Numbered from the stretch's first letter, positions 1-13,762 are shown. The stretch is 64,000 bases of DNA from Leucoraja erinacea (GCF_028641065.1 NC_073407.1:18290001-18354000); one strand, 5' to 3'. The notes: generated by a model from the letters alone, not told the origin. Made by a program: numbers and translations.

Positions 1-53
1 TTCTAGCAAATATTTATTAATTGTAACCCAAAGTCAATAAAACTCCAGTCCTA

Positions 54-170
<117 letters not shown>

Positions 171-346
171 TCAGCCAATTTTAGGGGCAACACTACAATA
201 CATTTGAACTTTCCACACTAACATACTACATTCTATCTATTGAGATAAACTCCCAGTTGGTACACAATAATTTACATCACCAACTCGATACATTAGCAAT
301 TTTTTTTAACTTCAGTTGCATTCAGTCCCATCTGTGCTCCAAGTAC

Positions 347-449
347 CTCTTGGTCTTAACTCATCATCCTCAGACTCTGATTCTCCTTCATCTGCAACAG
401 CAATGGGAACAATTTTGAATGGATGATTTCCAAGTGATATGCCAGAGTC
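347..449 (-). CDS. USP20: USP20 coding exon 5 (DSGISLGNHPFKIVPIAVADEGESESEDDELRPR)
   Basis: AG/GT-bounded 103-nt exon; VPIAVADEGESESEDD matches vertebrate USP20. Confidence 0.95.
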
Positions 450-734
450 CTAATAAAAGAAAAAGCCATGTTACTGCAATGATATAGAATGTAAATATAT
501 TGGTTTATTGCTCATAAATAACATTTTATACTTTCATAGGAAATCTATTTACATATCACCAAGAATGCTCCCACAATACCTAGCTACCTTAATTTTTGCT
601 TAGGAACGCAGCTCTGACTCTGGATAACTTAAATATCCTCAAATAACCAGTCTAAAATGGGGAAATAATTTTATTTTACAAATAACACAAATGTCTTAAT
701 ACATACATCTTAATAGAAGTCCGCCTTTGTATAC

Positions 735-866
735 CTGCTCTGTTGATCTGCTTGATGGAGCTGGACTAGGCACAACAGGTCGCTGTTCCAGGAACACTTC
801 CTTCTCACAGGCATAACACCAAACTCGAAAGGTAGTTAGGTTCACTGTCAGATTATGTTTCTTAGC
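735..866 (-). CDS. USP20: USP20 coding exon 4 ([29 protein letters not shown]..., end of ZnF-UBP)
   Basis: 132-nt AG/GT exon; zf-UBP WCYAC motif. Confidence 0.95.
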
Positions 867-1510
867 CTATGTAGGCAAAAACAGAAAATTAGGTAAATTA
901 ACATTTCTATGACAATGAGAAAATCTCAAAAATGTCATTTGTCACTTTAAATATTTTTATAATATCAGAACGTAAAGCATTTGTTCTTCCATCAGGTTTA
1001 GGTTTATCATTGTTACATGTGCCAAGGTACAATGAAAAGCTTTGTTTTGCATGCTATCCAAACATAATTATACATAGATACAATCAGTTCAAACTCAAGT
1101 ATGATAAAGTAAAGGGTACAGATTGCAGAATTGTAGTACATCAACGCCACAAAGTCCAATGTTCTCGAAGGGGTAGCGATGAATCAGACAGTACTCTAGT
1201 GCAGTGCTTCTTAAACTATTTCAGTGTCATTCACCCTTGAGTCTTTATCACAAAATTTCATTCACTCTCGACTAAATTTTCTTATGTTTTTTTGGTAATT
1301 TAAGTCTTATTTTTCCTTGTGTACAATTTTATATATAATTTATTTTGTCACATGAGCAAAAAACAAAAAAGGACTCATTTCTTAAGTAATCTTAAGTGAC
1401 ATGTATTTCTAAAAAATATATGTAAAGAAAACTAGGAGTGACAACAAGGTTTAATTACTGGAGTTGGAAAATCATTCTATTAGAATTCCAATGTCTAAAC
1501 ACTGGGCTTC

Positions 1511-1747
1511 AGCCCCATCCTACCCATTTGGCGACAACCTATGACAGGAGAAGACAAGCTACGTCAAGCCCAGTCGACAAAAAGTTTTGAACATTTCAAA
1601 ATCCAGCGGCAACCAGAAAAACATTATGACTCTTTAGGCGACTTGAGGAGACTACTCACGACCATACAGGCGACAGCCCACGACCATGTGGCGACAGCCT
1701 AGTTGCCTGTAGTCGCCGAAAAGGATTGCCTAAGTGGGACAGGGGCT
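1511..1747. mobile_element. Short non-autonomous DNA transposon (Harbinger-like MITE)
   Basis: Right end TAAGTGGGACAGGGGCT followed by TTA; degenerate inverted left end AGCCCCATCCTACCCATTTGGCG; internal GGCGAC repeats. Confidence 0.5.
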
Positions 1748-2269
1748 TTAGAAGACTATTCTATTGCAGGTCTAGTTAATGCTCACAGTCTGTTCCACTG
1801 AGATTAGGAGCACTCCCTCCAAATCATATTAATGCTAGTTGAATTCTACTTTAGGAACTCAAGATTCAAGATTCAATTTAATTGTCATTTGGACCCCTTG
1901 AGGTCCAAACGAAATGCCGTTTCTGCAGCCATACATTACAAACAAATAGACTCAAGACACAACATAATTTACATAAACATCCATCACATCGCTGTGATGG
2001 AAGGCCAAAAAAACTTATCTCTCCACTGCACTCTCCCCAAAAAATGTTTGACTCTGACATGTTTGACTCTGGGTGAAATGCAGTGTGGTCCTGCCCAGTG
2101 TTACATGAATTATAAAGGAAGATTGGGGAAAAAAGGAAAACTTAATATATCCTCACACAAAACATAAACTGATGATAACAACTGCTTAATATATGACATT
2201 CTTAGTGTTAAAGAGATGAAGAGAGCATGCACGTGGCTCCACTTTCTCCTTCACAAATATCTCATTTAC

Positions 2270-2332
2270 CTGTGAATGTAATGTGCTGTGGTCAACGTAC
2301 GATTCCCCACATCCAACATAGGAGCAGCCATT
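2270..2332 (-). CDS. USP20: USP20 coding exon 3 (NGCSYVGCGESYVDHSTLHSQ)
   Basis: 63-nt AG/GT exon; zf-UBP YVGCGES..DHS..H. Confidence 0.95.
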
Positions 2333-2719
2333 CTGTTTTTGAAAAAGGGTAAAAGGAGATGGATTTCAGGGGAAGGAAAATTAATTAATGCAACTACTAT
2401 TCAGCCCTCCACTTTTATTTTTGGCATTCCAAATGTTATAGTATTGAATAAAAGGCAATGATTACATACCATGACTTATTCCTTACAGCATGACAAAAAG
2501 CATAAAGGAATTGCCCAAGAAAGAAGCCATATTTACAAATTTGCATGCTAACAATGACAATAATATCTACATTAATATATTAAACTCCTTGATTTATGAA
2601 TCTAGACTAGTTTGTAACCAAATCAGGGGCATAAATATTTTAATCTGATAGTTTAAATGACTTCATAGTTAAAACAAACTTCTAAACAATGAACAATTTG
2701 TAAAATAAATGACTTTTAC

Positions 2720-2773
2720 CTGAAGGCAAGCCCATAGGTTTGGTCCACCAACTCCACAGGATTGGCATGTTCC
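2720..2773 (-). CDS. USP20: USP20 coding exon 2 ([18 protein letters not shown])
   Basis: 54-nt AG/GT exon; zf-UBP CxxC and LWACL. Confidence 0.95.
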
Positions 2774-5700
2774 CTGAAAAACAGTTTTTAGTACAATTAT
2801 CTCAAATCATTACATCAAGCAAAAACATACTGAACCTACCTTGGATATCATTGTTACAGGAAGTGCTCTGTGGGCATCAAAGTCTATTAGCAAGAGCATA
2901 TTAGCAACAGTGGGATTACGAATGACCAAACAAACCAAGCTATAAATATATAACTGTAGACTGGGATCATGGCAGATACAAAGAATAACAAATAAAATAA
3001 AACTACTGAACTCATCTTCACCAATCCATATGTCACAAATAGATCTGTCCATTACAGTACATAACAGTGACCACTGTACGTATACATTGATACTGAAGAC
3101 AAAGCCTTACCTTAACACTGGGAACAACTGTCATCGGGCCGCAGGTTAAATGGGATAAGTCAGAACATATGAAACAGCTACATAGAACTTAAACATAATA
3201 GCACAGCACAAAACAGGCTCTTCAGCCCACAATGCCTGTGCCAAATATGATGCCAAGACTAACTCTTATCTGCCTCCATATAATTCATGTCTCTCCATTG
3301 CCTGCATATTCATATGCCTATCCAAAAGTCTCTTAGATGCCACCAATGTATCTAACTCAGTCGCTACTACCAGCAGCACACTCCATGCACTCACCACCTC
3401 GTGTGTAAAAAACTTTCCCCACACATCTCCTTTGAACTTTGCCCTCCTCACATTAAAGCTATGCCCTCTAATAAAAAGGTTCAGACTGCCTTCCCTACCT
3501 ATGCCTTTGAATTTTATATAATTTTACCAGGTCTCCCCAGAACCTCTGGTGTTCTGGAGGATGAGGGTAGCTTTGAGCATTCATGAGGAACCATGGGCTT
3601 TCAGTAAAGGAAAGCATTCTAACGCAACATGTAACGTCCAGGCCTAGCATATACTTCACCTTAATATTAACTACCAACTGCGCAACCAAACGTCCTCAGT
3701 GAAAAGTGTGGAAAAACATGCCAAGTGCAGCAGCAGACATGCCTACAATTATGATACCAACCATTGTGAAGTTGAATTCATTGCTTAAAGTAGAACTAAA
3801 TGTTACATACATAAGGAATCCCACAACCCTATTCCACTTTTGGCTCCAATGAATACCATTCACACCCGTCTCCTGTGTGGAGGCTGAGTTTGGAATAATT
3901 TCCAATTCACAGAACACAAAAAAAATAATAACTACCATATGCCAACAAATTCTTTCCAGTCTTTACTTGATATTATCGATAGCTATGTCCTAGACTTGAG
4001 TTTGAACTGATTGCACCCATGTATAATATTTATATGTTTGGATCGCATGCAAAACAAAGCTTTTCATTGTACATGTGACAATGATAAACCTAGACCTGCC
4101 CACAAATGGAACAATTTCTCCACATCAATCCTAATGAAAGCCTTGATCATTTTTAAGACCTCCATCAAGTCATAAACTAAAAGACTGACATTTATATAGG
4201 GTCATTCACATAATTGTCAGAATGTACTAAAGTCCTTTGCAACCAATTAAATGCTGATGTTACAGCTGTTTCAATTTATAAACTGCAAGCTCCCACAAAC
4301 ATATGTAATAATCTGTTTTAGAAATTTGATGGAGGATTAACAGTGGCAGGGATTCGCTCCCTTTTCATGAAATAGCACCATGGAATTCAAAACGCTTGAC
4401 TGTAGGTCTCAACTGCCTTCCACTTCCAAAGTCCAGGTATACCCTCAACTGAGAGCAGAACACAGTCTTTCTGAAGTCCAGCCCCCTAACCCAGCAGTCC
4501 CCTCCAACACCACCTAACCTTCCAACTCTCAGGCCCACTCTCCAATAGCCCCTAAGCCTCCCGACGCCTGCCTTGGCCCGCCTGCTCTCACGATTTCCAG
4601 CCCGACTGATGTACAACCTCTCTCACCTTTTTGATGTCCTGTCTCTTTCCAGCCTTCTTCTCTAGCGCCATTGCAATTACAGTGGAATCCAGTGAAATCT
4701 CTGTGCTGATCACATCAAAACAATCAGCCAGAAGCCTACCGTCTGCCGGCACATTGCATTCAGGTGCACGTTGTACTCCCAGCAGCTTGGGTGACTTGAC
4801 AGTCAGAATGTCTGCCCAAATTTGTCCCTGATTACCCATTCTTCATGCCAATTTACATCTTTGAGCATGGGACTAGATCGATTGACATTTTGATCTGCAT
4901 GGACAAGTGAGTTGAGTGGCCTGGTTCCATGCTGTAGATATCTGACACTATTCATCCATATTATTTGTTATGCCGTCCATCTCATTTCTAAAGCTCAACT
5001 CATAAATTTCTGTTTCCTAGAAACTTTTTAACTACCCTTTGCATTCGATCACAGTCTCCGAGACACTGCAGTCAGATGACCACAACGTTTTAATGGCAGT
5101 TCTTAATTTGAAAATAATGGAATAAACATGGATTAATAACATATTCAGAACTGTGTATCACAATTTAACTTTGATAAGAGTGAATGAGCAAACACTACCA
5201 AATAAATGAAATTACAAGATGCATTAAAAAACAATAGGTAGGATCCCAAAGCAACGTTTTAATCTGATGCAAGGTCAGAGAACGTAAACATTAACTCTGC
5301 CATTCCGCTTGGTGCTCCCTGTACTGCTGAGTATTTTTAGCATTTCATTTTAAAAAAAAAGAATAATACTGGCCAAAGTCTGCACGTGACCAGACAATAA
5401 TATTGTACAATTCAAGGAGGGGGCATGTGGCCCACGAAAAGATCACAAGCCATAAAAAGCTGGAAAAACTAAGTAAAAGTGCTAAAGGAACTCAGCAGGT
5501 CAGGCGGCTTCTGTGGAGGTATTAGACAGATGTTTCAGGTTGTCAGGGGAGAGCAGAGCCTGTAAGTGATAGATGGATACAGTTGGAGGAGGGGGTTGGA
5601 GGAGGGGGTGGGGGGAAAGATGGAGTGGAGAGATATTAGTATTTTTCTCTTTCTGCCTCTACCATCTAGCCAATTATTCCTATTGCAGCATGGAAAGATG

Positions 5701-7450
5701 TATTAGCACAGGGACAAAACCAAAAGACACTTATGTAAGTCCTGGTCTCTGTGAACATCAGCTGTTTGTCGGCTGGTTACTAAAAATAAGTGCTGTGCAT
5801 CATACGTATCAACAATTAGTCAGATCTGGGACTGGAGAGACAGTAACAAATGGCTATCAGAGAGAAACTTACAATCAGCAGAAACTGCTCCTAAAATTAA
5901 GCATAGTGGTTATTAGATCCCATTTGGCAGTAAGCCAACATATAAGTAATTACAAATATTTATTCAGCTACTGTCATGTCTAATGGAAGAATGGAAAACG
6001 TTTCAACTGATAACACTCTCTACGGCTTGCTTTACCAATTTTGTGGGTCGACAAAATGCTGGAGTAACTCAGCAGGACAGACAGCATCTCTGGAGAGAAG
6101 GAATGGGTGATGTTTCGGGTCGAGACCCTTCTTCAGACTGATTTTGTGTTCCTTGCACAAATTGTCCAGACTTACGATCTTTTTGGTCATGTAACAAAAT
6201 TGACTGAGGGATGGTGGTAGATCGGAACAACAGCAATAGCGAAATCTAAGAAGTAAATTTGACTGCATGTCTGCATTTCACACAGGCCTTTTCTTCAACT
6301 AGTTGTACAAACCAACCAAACCAATGAGTGGGCACCTATCTATACCACAAAATAAAAGCAAACTATACAAAGCTAGCTCCTCACATACTATCATTAATTT
6401 TCCCCATCACTGTTGCATTGTGGCTACATCGTGCACCATTAAACAGTTACCTCCCTCAGCTCCACCGACAACATCTTCTAAAGCAGGTAACTAGCACTGC
6501 CCCCATCCCTTTCTCTCTCCTCCTTTCCACCCTGGTCCTCTCTCACACCCACCTTGTCCCCAAACACTATTTATTCTCTGCCATTCATCATAACTCCCCC
6601 ATCGGATTCCCTTTGCCCTCTTATAACCAACTCCCTGTTGTTCTCATCTCCCGTCACCCTTCATTCAATTCCATTCTTGGCCTTCCCTTCTCATTGGATT
6701 CCAGAATCTATAGCATTTTGTTCCCTACCCATCACTTTTTAGTCTCTCTTGTTATAACCACCCTTTCTCCATCTGACCTTTACCTTCCAATCAACCCCTT
6801 CTCAAATGTATCCACCTATCACTTCTAGCTCTTGGTTCTTTACCCTACACTTCTTTATACTAACTAGGTCCCTTCAACTCATTCAGTTGAGATGAAGAGT
6901 CTCGATCGGGAATATCGACTCTTCATTTCCATCCACAGATGTTGTCTGACCTGCTGAATTCCTCCAATTGCTCTCCTTTTTCACTATAGGTTCCAGCATC
7001 TGAAGTATTTTGTACCTTCTAAACCAGTGACATCTAAAGCCAAGAAGGTCAAAGTTAGCAAATGCGACATAACTACCTGCAGATTTATCTCCAATTTGCA
7101 CACCATCATAACCTGGAAATATATTGTTGTCCTTTCTGACTTGTAAATCTTGGAACCCTTTATCCAGCATTGTTTTGGGTGTACCTTCACCAAACAGACT
7201 ACAACAGTTCAACGTGGCTCACCTTCTCAAGGAATTACGGATGGGAAATAATCACTGACTTTGCCAGCGGCACCCACATCCACATCAAGAGTACTAGTTT
7301 AGGAGAAATGGTATTGGTTTATTATTGTCACGTCTTTCGAGATACAGTGGAAAATAAATTATGTGCTATGCCATACGTGAGTATAATCAAGCCATACACA
7401 AGTACAACAAGTAGTACAAAGAGAAAAATAACCAGAGTGCAAATTATAGT

Positions 7451-7717
7451 AGACACAAAATGCTGGAGTAACTCAGCGGGACAGGCAGCATCTCTGGAGA
7501 GAAGGAATGGGAGACGCTTCGGGTCGAGACCATTCTTCCTGGCGTTTCGGGTCAAGACCATTCTTCCTGACATTTCAGGTCGAGACCCTTCTACCATCTC
7601 GTCTCAACCCGAAACGTCACCCATTTCATCTCCCCAGAAATGCTGCCTGTCTCACTGAGTTACTCCAGCATTTCGTGTCAACCTTCGATTTAAAACAGCA
7701 TCTGCAGTTCGTTCCTA
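7451..7717. mobile_element. Penelope-type pLTR insertion (inverted pair with internal tandem repeats)
   Basis: CACAAAATGCTGGAGTAACTCAG...GTTTCGGGTCGAGACC repeat followed by its reverse complement; flanked by TGCAAATTATAGT / TGCAAAATATAGT direct repeats. Confidence 0.6.
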
Positions 7718-9065
7718 TGCAAAATATAGTGTTACAACTGCAAAGAAAATGCAGATACAAAAATGTTCAAGAGCCATAACAAGTTGAACAGATCTCACAT
7801 AAAATAAGGGGGTATTCATAATCCCAAGATTACACCCTTAGTGTACGAGAGACCTGTTCCAACAGTAGTATCAGTCCCAGAATCTGGTGGTACAGAACTT
7901 GCAGTTTTTTTTATTTGTCTGCCTCCCATTAAATTGAATTACTTACCGAGTCAAAAGTTTGCTGTTTCATAAAGCAGGGAAATTTATATTGTGTAAGAGA
8001 ATATCAGACCATAGATTTACAGCAATGGGAAAAAACAAAAACATCATTAAATAGAATTTGGAATCTAACTTGAGCTTAGGACTTAAACTTCATTTAACAG
8101 CCCTCCAATGTTTTATGAAAACTGAAAAAGAGTGAACCTATATTCCCACAATGCCTTTGGGAAATGAGTTCAAGGATTTACATCCAAGGATTCAAGGAAC
8201 AGCAATACATTTCCAAGTTATGATGGTGTGAGACTTAATGTGGACTCTGTAGATCATAGTGTTCCCATGATCCTGCTGTCCTTGCCCTCCTTTATGGTCA
8301 GAAAAGCCTAGATTGAATCCTTTGCCACAGAAGGCTGTGGAGGCCAAGTCAATTTATATTTTTATGGTAGAGATGGATAGATTCTTGATTAGTACGATTG
8401 TCAGGGGTTATGGGGAGAAGGCAGGGGAATGGGGTAAGGGGGGAGAGATAGATCATCCATGATTGAATGGCAGAGAAGACTTGATGGGCCGAATGGCCTA
8501 ATTCTGCTCCTATCATTAATGACCTTATGAGGTTAGCAACTGCACAATGAATTGTATGGATGACATGAACTACATGGTGAATGAATAAACGGGTGGGGTG
8601 CTAATTAAGCAGCAACATTCCTGAATAATATTACACAGCAAGGCAGATAAACAACAATTTAATAAATTATCACAATCATTCTGGTTGTACTGGCTGAAGG
8701 ATAATGTTCCTATCAGCATTACAAAGCTATGCTTTGATCAGTGCCTTAGAATATTTTACATTGGTTGAATTTGTTTAATATATGTCCAATAGAGGCCACC
8801 TCGTTTCTGCACTGGTGTGAAAATCTTCATGCCACTACATGCCCAAATATTTGTAGTGGAGGTTAAGTACAAATCTTACTAGGACCGAGCAGAGAGCCAA
8901 AAATATGAAAAGAGACCATCGATCAATAAAAGCCATGATATGGATACAATTCGGCAGTGCAAATATTATCTTGTATTGGTAACAGACACAACAAGGTTTC
9001 AACATGAAATGAAGCCACATATCAAGATTAGCCGACTCAATTTGTAGGTTTAACAAGTCTTTTAC

Positions 9066-9146
9066 CTTTGATTTTTGCAATAGCTCCTCTCTGGTGATTT
9101 CTCCTACGGAATCCAAATGGGGGCAGATATCACCTACATTAGACAT
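9066..9146 (-). CDS. USP20: USP20 first coding exon ([27 protein letters not shown])
   Basis: ATG at 9146, GT donor at 9065, tandem CAGCAG acceptor at 9166-9161; matches USP20 N-terminus CPHLDSIGEVTKEDLL. Confidence 0.95.
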
Positions 9147-10532
9147 CTTATGGAACTTTGCTGCTGTAACACAAATGTGGCTATTAGGGGTAAAAACAGT
9201 ACATAAATTTATAAGCAGGCTCATTATTGACAGCAGATATTTAGCAAAAATTATTGACTTAAACCCAACTTCACAGCCAGTTTACTCAATATAGAGTTTC
9301 CTACACGTTTCAAAATATTAATTCGCCTTTTTTACATCCAGTGTGATATATTTGGTGGCAAATTATGTAGTTATGTTCTATAATAGAGTGGAAAAGAGAC
9401 ATTTAATGTACAGACATCTTAACTAATACTAATCTACCAACTCCCAAGCAAAGTCTCTGTAGAGTTTAGAAATCTCACATCTTGAAAGGGTAGATGCGAG
9501 ATTATATTTCCTGGACACGGTGCCTAGTCTTCATTCAAGATTCAATTTAATTGTCATTGTTCAAATGGTAGTAAACATTTTAAATGTTCTACTGAATAGT
9601 TTAACTCCAGTTAAGAATGTTCATACATTGAATTAATAATTTCTCCCCATTCAAGAGCATAAATACAGAGTGTAGATTGTCAATATAACAAAGACAGAGA
9701 CTGATATTGAGGGAGCCCAGCATTTGGAGTTATTAAATGTCTTGCTTCCCTTAATATCGGAAAATCTATCATCCTCAGTCTTCCTTACATTGAGCCATCA
9801 TAACCCTCTTCAGAGAGAATGCCAAATATTCACTACCCTTTGGATGATTTTTTTTTCTTTCTAGAGCCTTGAATGCCTGATTTTAGTAACCACAGTCAGG
9901 GGACATTATTTAGGAAGGTAAAGTGGCAAGGAGCAAGGAGCTAGGATCTTCTGGAATGGCAGGGCAGGCATGCGCAATCAATTAGTCTACTTTTACTTCT
10001 ATTTATTGACTTATGTTAAGTCACTGTTAAAACCTCTTTCTACTTTATATGCCGCGACTAATGATAGACTAATGTGCTAATGTTAATTAGATCCTTGAGT
10101 AAAGACAGCTCTCAGGTGGTTGCTTTACAATCACCTTAAAATCAGACTGCCATAGGCAGTTTGTAATATAGTTACAAAATTGTTGTTTCTTTTGCATTAC
10201 TTCAAAGATAATATTTGAATAAAACACAAAGTGCTGGAGGAACTCAGCAGATCAGGCAGCATCCAGGGAGGGAATGGACAGGCGACGATTCGGGTCAGGA
10301 CTCTTCTTCTTCTGGAATAACAGTGAACACAGGCAAACTATATTGCTTCCAAAGTACAGATGTCCAGCTGATCCAGGTTGTTGTGGGGGAGGGTGGGGTA
10401 AGAAATAAGTTGATTATAGCCTGCGATTTCTTGCTTGAAAACCCATTCAAAACATAGAAAAGTACACCATAGGAACGGGCCCTTCAACCCACAATGTCCA
10501 AGCGGAACATAATGCCAACTTAAACTAATCTC

Positions 10533-10769
10533 GGGTAGACACAAAATGCTGGAGTAACTCAGCGGGACAGGTAGCATCTCTGGGGAGAAGGAACGGGTGA
10601 CGTTTCGGGTCGAGACCCTTCTTCAGGCTGAAGAAAGGTCTAGACTTGAAAAGTCACACATTCTTTCTCTCCAGAGATGCTGCCTGTCCCGCTGAGTTAC
10701 TCCAGCATTTTGTGTCTACCCGAGATTTGAACCAGCTTCAATTTAAACCAGTTCTTTCCAGCACACATA
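10533..10769. mobile_element. Penelope-type inverted pLTR pair with hammerhead-like cores and 12-bp TSD
   Basis: About 200-bp palindrome 10527-10727 centred near 10627; TAAACTAATCTC duplicated at 10521-10532 and 10770-10781. Confidence 0.7.
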
Positions 10770-11585
10770 TAAACTAATCTCCTCTGTATACATGCGATTC
10801 ATATCTCTCTATTCCCTACATATTCAAGTGCCTATCTAAAAGCCTCTCAAATTCCACTATCTAAAACCATGATACCAAGCCAAAAGGAATAGAAAATCTG
10901 ACCCTTGGTTGGAATGACAGTGTGCAGGAAAGAGCTGTAGTTCTGATTACCATATAGCAGGTGGAATCCTGTTCCAACATCCTCACATATAATAAAGGGA
11001 GTGCTAATGTATGGTGCATCTTACATTCTAAGTAATCGAGAGAAAATAAGACTACAGATGCTGGTAATCAAATAATTATGCATATCACAACGTTAAAGAT
11101 TCTAACCATGCTCACCACAGATGCTGCCTGACCCGCTGAGTCACTCCAGCCCTTTGTGTTTTGCTCAAGATTGCTTGTGTTTCTTTATTTTGCTGAATAA
11201 TCCTTGGTTTGCTCCACATTCCAGCATCTGCAGTTCCTTGTGACTCCAAGTTATTACGCATGTTGTAAATCAAGCCCCATCGCCATTCATTCGCAGACAT
11301 GTCTCCATCCCAACCTCACAGCAAATTGAAATCGGAAGGTGGACGTGTCTTTTATTAAAAAATCGCTTTAGTTTCAGACAATAAAAAAAATGAGCGTTGC
11401 AATCATGAAGTGGTAGTGAAGCCGGGTGTGGTGGAGGAGGAAGCGACAGCAAGTCCTCAGCCCAACAGCTGTCAGTGCCCACAGGGGGTTGGCACCACAC
11501 AAAAGGCACTCAGCAGATACGCCGCCGAATATTATTTTTCAAAGACATTTAGTACGTTCAAACAGATCGCGATTCCAAATCTTAC

Positions 11586-11690
11586 CTCCCTTCTCCAGGC
11601 CGTGTTATACCCGCCGACACCCCTCTTCCTCACCCTCTATTATTTTCCTATTAACGATGCACAGCTTGCCACCTCCGCCATATTGGAAAA
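11586..11690 (-). other. USP20: Probable non-coding first exon of USP20 (5' boundary approximate)
   Basis: Strong donor GAG|GTAAG at 11586/11585 in a CpG-containing segment, just downstream (minus strand) of ZNF143 and YY1 motifs. Confidence 0.6.
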
Positions 11691-11726
11691 GTTAAGGTGT
11701 CCCGGTGCGGTCTGGGAATTGTAGTT
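11675..11726 (-). promoter_or_regulatory. USP20 promoter elements: ZNF143/Staf motif ACTACAATTCCCAGA (11711-11725) and YY1 motif CCGCCATATT (11675-11684)
   Basis: Matches to the established ACTACAnnTCCCA and CCGCCATnTT consensus motifs. Confidence 0.7.
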
Positions 11727-12199
11727 CCACTAATGCCATTAGAACTACACCCACCCACCATAGGTGTGACGGGAAGGGAGTCCAGCGGCAAAAAAACACA
11801 CATATGCAGGAAATCTGAGATAAAACAGTAAATACTCTGCTGGCTGGGTTGCATCTGTGGAGAGAGAAACGATGTGTAGCGTTTCAGAGCGATGACCTTT
11901 TATCAGAACTAAAAAAATGTGGGAAATAAGGAATTTCATGCACCAACAGCTGAACAATTAAGTTCTTACTTGCAGCAGCAGTTGCAGGCTTATAAACGCC
12001 ATATCCACAGATAATATACGATAACACAATATTACAATTAATAACCCCAATATTAGATTTAAAAATCCCGAAGTCCTTACTGCAACCACAGACCATAATA
12101 GCAAAGATCTTATAGCGTACTGTTCTGTGTTCTAAAAGGCTCGGTGACTGTATCCGGTAGAGTTTGTTTACTGTGAGCTCCTGGCAAGGAAAAGATGTG

Positions 12200-12420
12200 G
12201 GTGCTGGAGGTAGCACCAATGCAGTCGTCGATGTAGCGGAGATAGAATTCAGGGATAGGGCCACAGTACGTCTCGAACAAGGATTATTCGACGTACCCTA
12301 CAAATTTGTAGCCTACCCTACAAGTCTGAAGAAGGGTATCGACCTGAAATGTTGCCTATTTCCTTCGCTCCATAGATGCTACCTCAGCTGCTGAGTTTCT
12401 CCAGCATTTTTGTCTACCCC
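12200..12420. mobile_element. Penelope-like retroelement fragment (RT piece on minus strand plus pLTR piece)
   Basis: Minus strand reads GYVE*SLFETYCGPIPEFYLRYIDDCIGATSS (YIDD RT motif), next to a CTGAAGAAGGG...GAAA repeat. Confidence 0.75.
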
Positions 12421-12910
12421 CAATTCCAAGTGTTTGGGATTCCCTCACAGTCACTCCTTGTGCTATGGCTGCAGCAAACCTCAATTACCCAATCAATCAC
12501 ACCTCTGGAACTTGGACCAAGAAGGCAACAGAGGAACTGAAAAAAGACGAGTTGCTAACTTGTTAAAAAAATCCACAGATGTGCATTGAATTATTTCATT
12601 ACAGAGTCAACGGTTTGTTTCCACTTTGAAATTGCAACACGGTACTCTCATGCCTATTTTAGTGGAATTGCAGTGTGGTGAAATTACCAAAACCTGCTAA
12701 ATACGTCAGTGATTTACACTGCCCAAGTGTTATCTCGTGTAACCTGCTATATTATACGAGACATATTCATAGATGATGTGTTGATATTCATTTAAAATGA
12801 GATTGCCATCAGAATATTAACCACAAAGTTAACCTGATCTGAATGTAAAAGCAAAGTATCAGACAACTATTGTAGGTACACAAAAATGCTGGAGAAACTC
12901 AGCGGGTGCA

Positions 12911-13247
12911 ACAGCGACTTAAATTTTCAGGCAAAAAAAAAGATAGAAAGTAAGGTAATTACAAGAGGGAACTGAAGGTGGAAAACAGCGGAAGTGAATA
13001 GCCGACATTTGCCATGGAGATTTAAAGATCCAAAATATCGGGAATTATCGCGTTTGCTCGCTGAATTTCATCAAAAGTAAATTAATAATGCCTTACTTTT
13101 GATGAAATTCAGCGAGCAAAATATTTTGGATCTTTAAATCTCCACGGCAAATGTCGGCTGTTCACTTCCGCTGTTTTCCACCTTCAGTTCCCTCTTGTAA
13201 TTACCTTACTTTCTATCTTTTTTTTGCCTGAAAATTTAGGTCGCTGT
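12911..13247. repeat. About 335-bp near-perfect inverted repeat (foldback MITE derivative)
   Basis: Arms 12911-13080 and 13093-13247 are reverse complements apart from a few mismatches and a ~14-nt indel; 12-nt spacer. Confidence 0.9.
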
Positions 13248-13613
13248 GCTTCACGGTCTCCCCGACTAGCACAGAAAATTTCAGCTCAAATATCGGACGT
13301 TTTCCATGTTTTTAACGGGTGGGAAAGTGCGTTGTACCGAAGTGAGATATGTCCTCCAGTTAACATTTTCGGTCACGTGAGGGGGGATCTGTGCTCATTT
13401 GACATTTGGTGAAATCACCCTATTGGTGATGTCTTTATTATTTATTTTACTCTGATTATATGTTTTTTTCTCTTGTTAAATTCTGTAAGGTGTCCTTGAG
13501 AATTTTGAAAGGCGCCCATGAATAAAAATTGTTATTATTATTATTATTACATGACAATAAACTCTCTTGAATCTTGAGCAAAGACTCCTGGGAACGTCAC
13601 GCCCAGTGCTTAG

Positions 13614-13642
13614 TGGGTAATGTAGTCCAAGCTACCGGAAGT
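13614..13642 (+). promoter_or_regulatory. C9orf78 promoter elements: ZNF143-like TGGGTAATGTAGT and ETS/GABP site ACCGGAAGT
   Basis: Consensus matches 120-150 bp upstream of the C9orf78 ATG. Confidence 0.6.
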
Positions 13643-13762
13643 ACGTTCGCAGACCGGATATGTCCATCTGCCAGAACCTTCCTCTCCGTTGTTAATGCGC
13701 AACGTAGCTCGGAGTGGAAAGACGGTTGTCACTTGAAGTGAAGAGTGAGAATCGCAGGAGAA

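Noticed and set aside
7515-7600. Short direct repeats TTCGGGTC.AGACC resembling a CRISPR array
   Set aside because: Eukaryotic intron, no unique spacers, no cas genes; local tandem duplication within a pLTR repeat
9161-9166. NAGNAG tandem acceptor in USP20
   Set aside because: Lies in the 5' UTR, so a 3-nt shift has no coding effect
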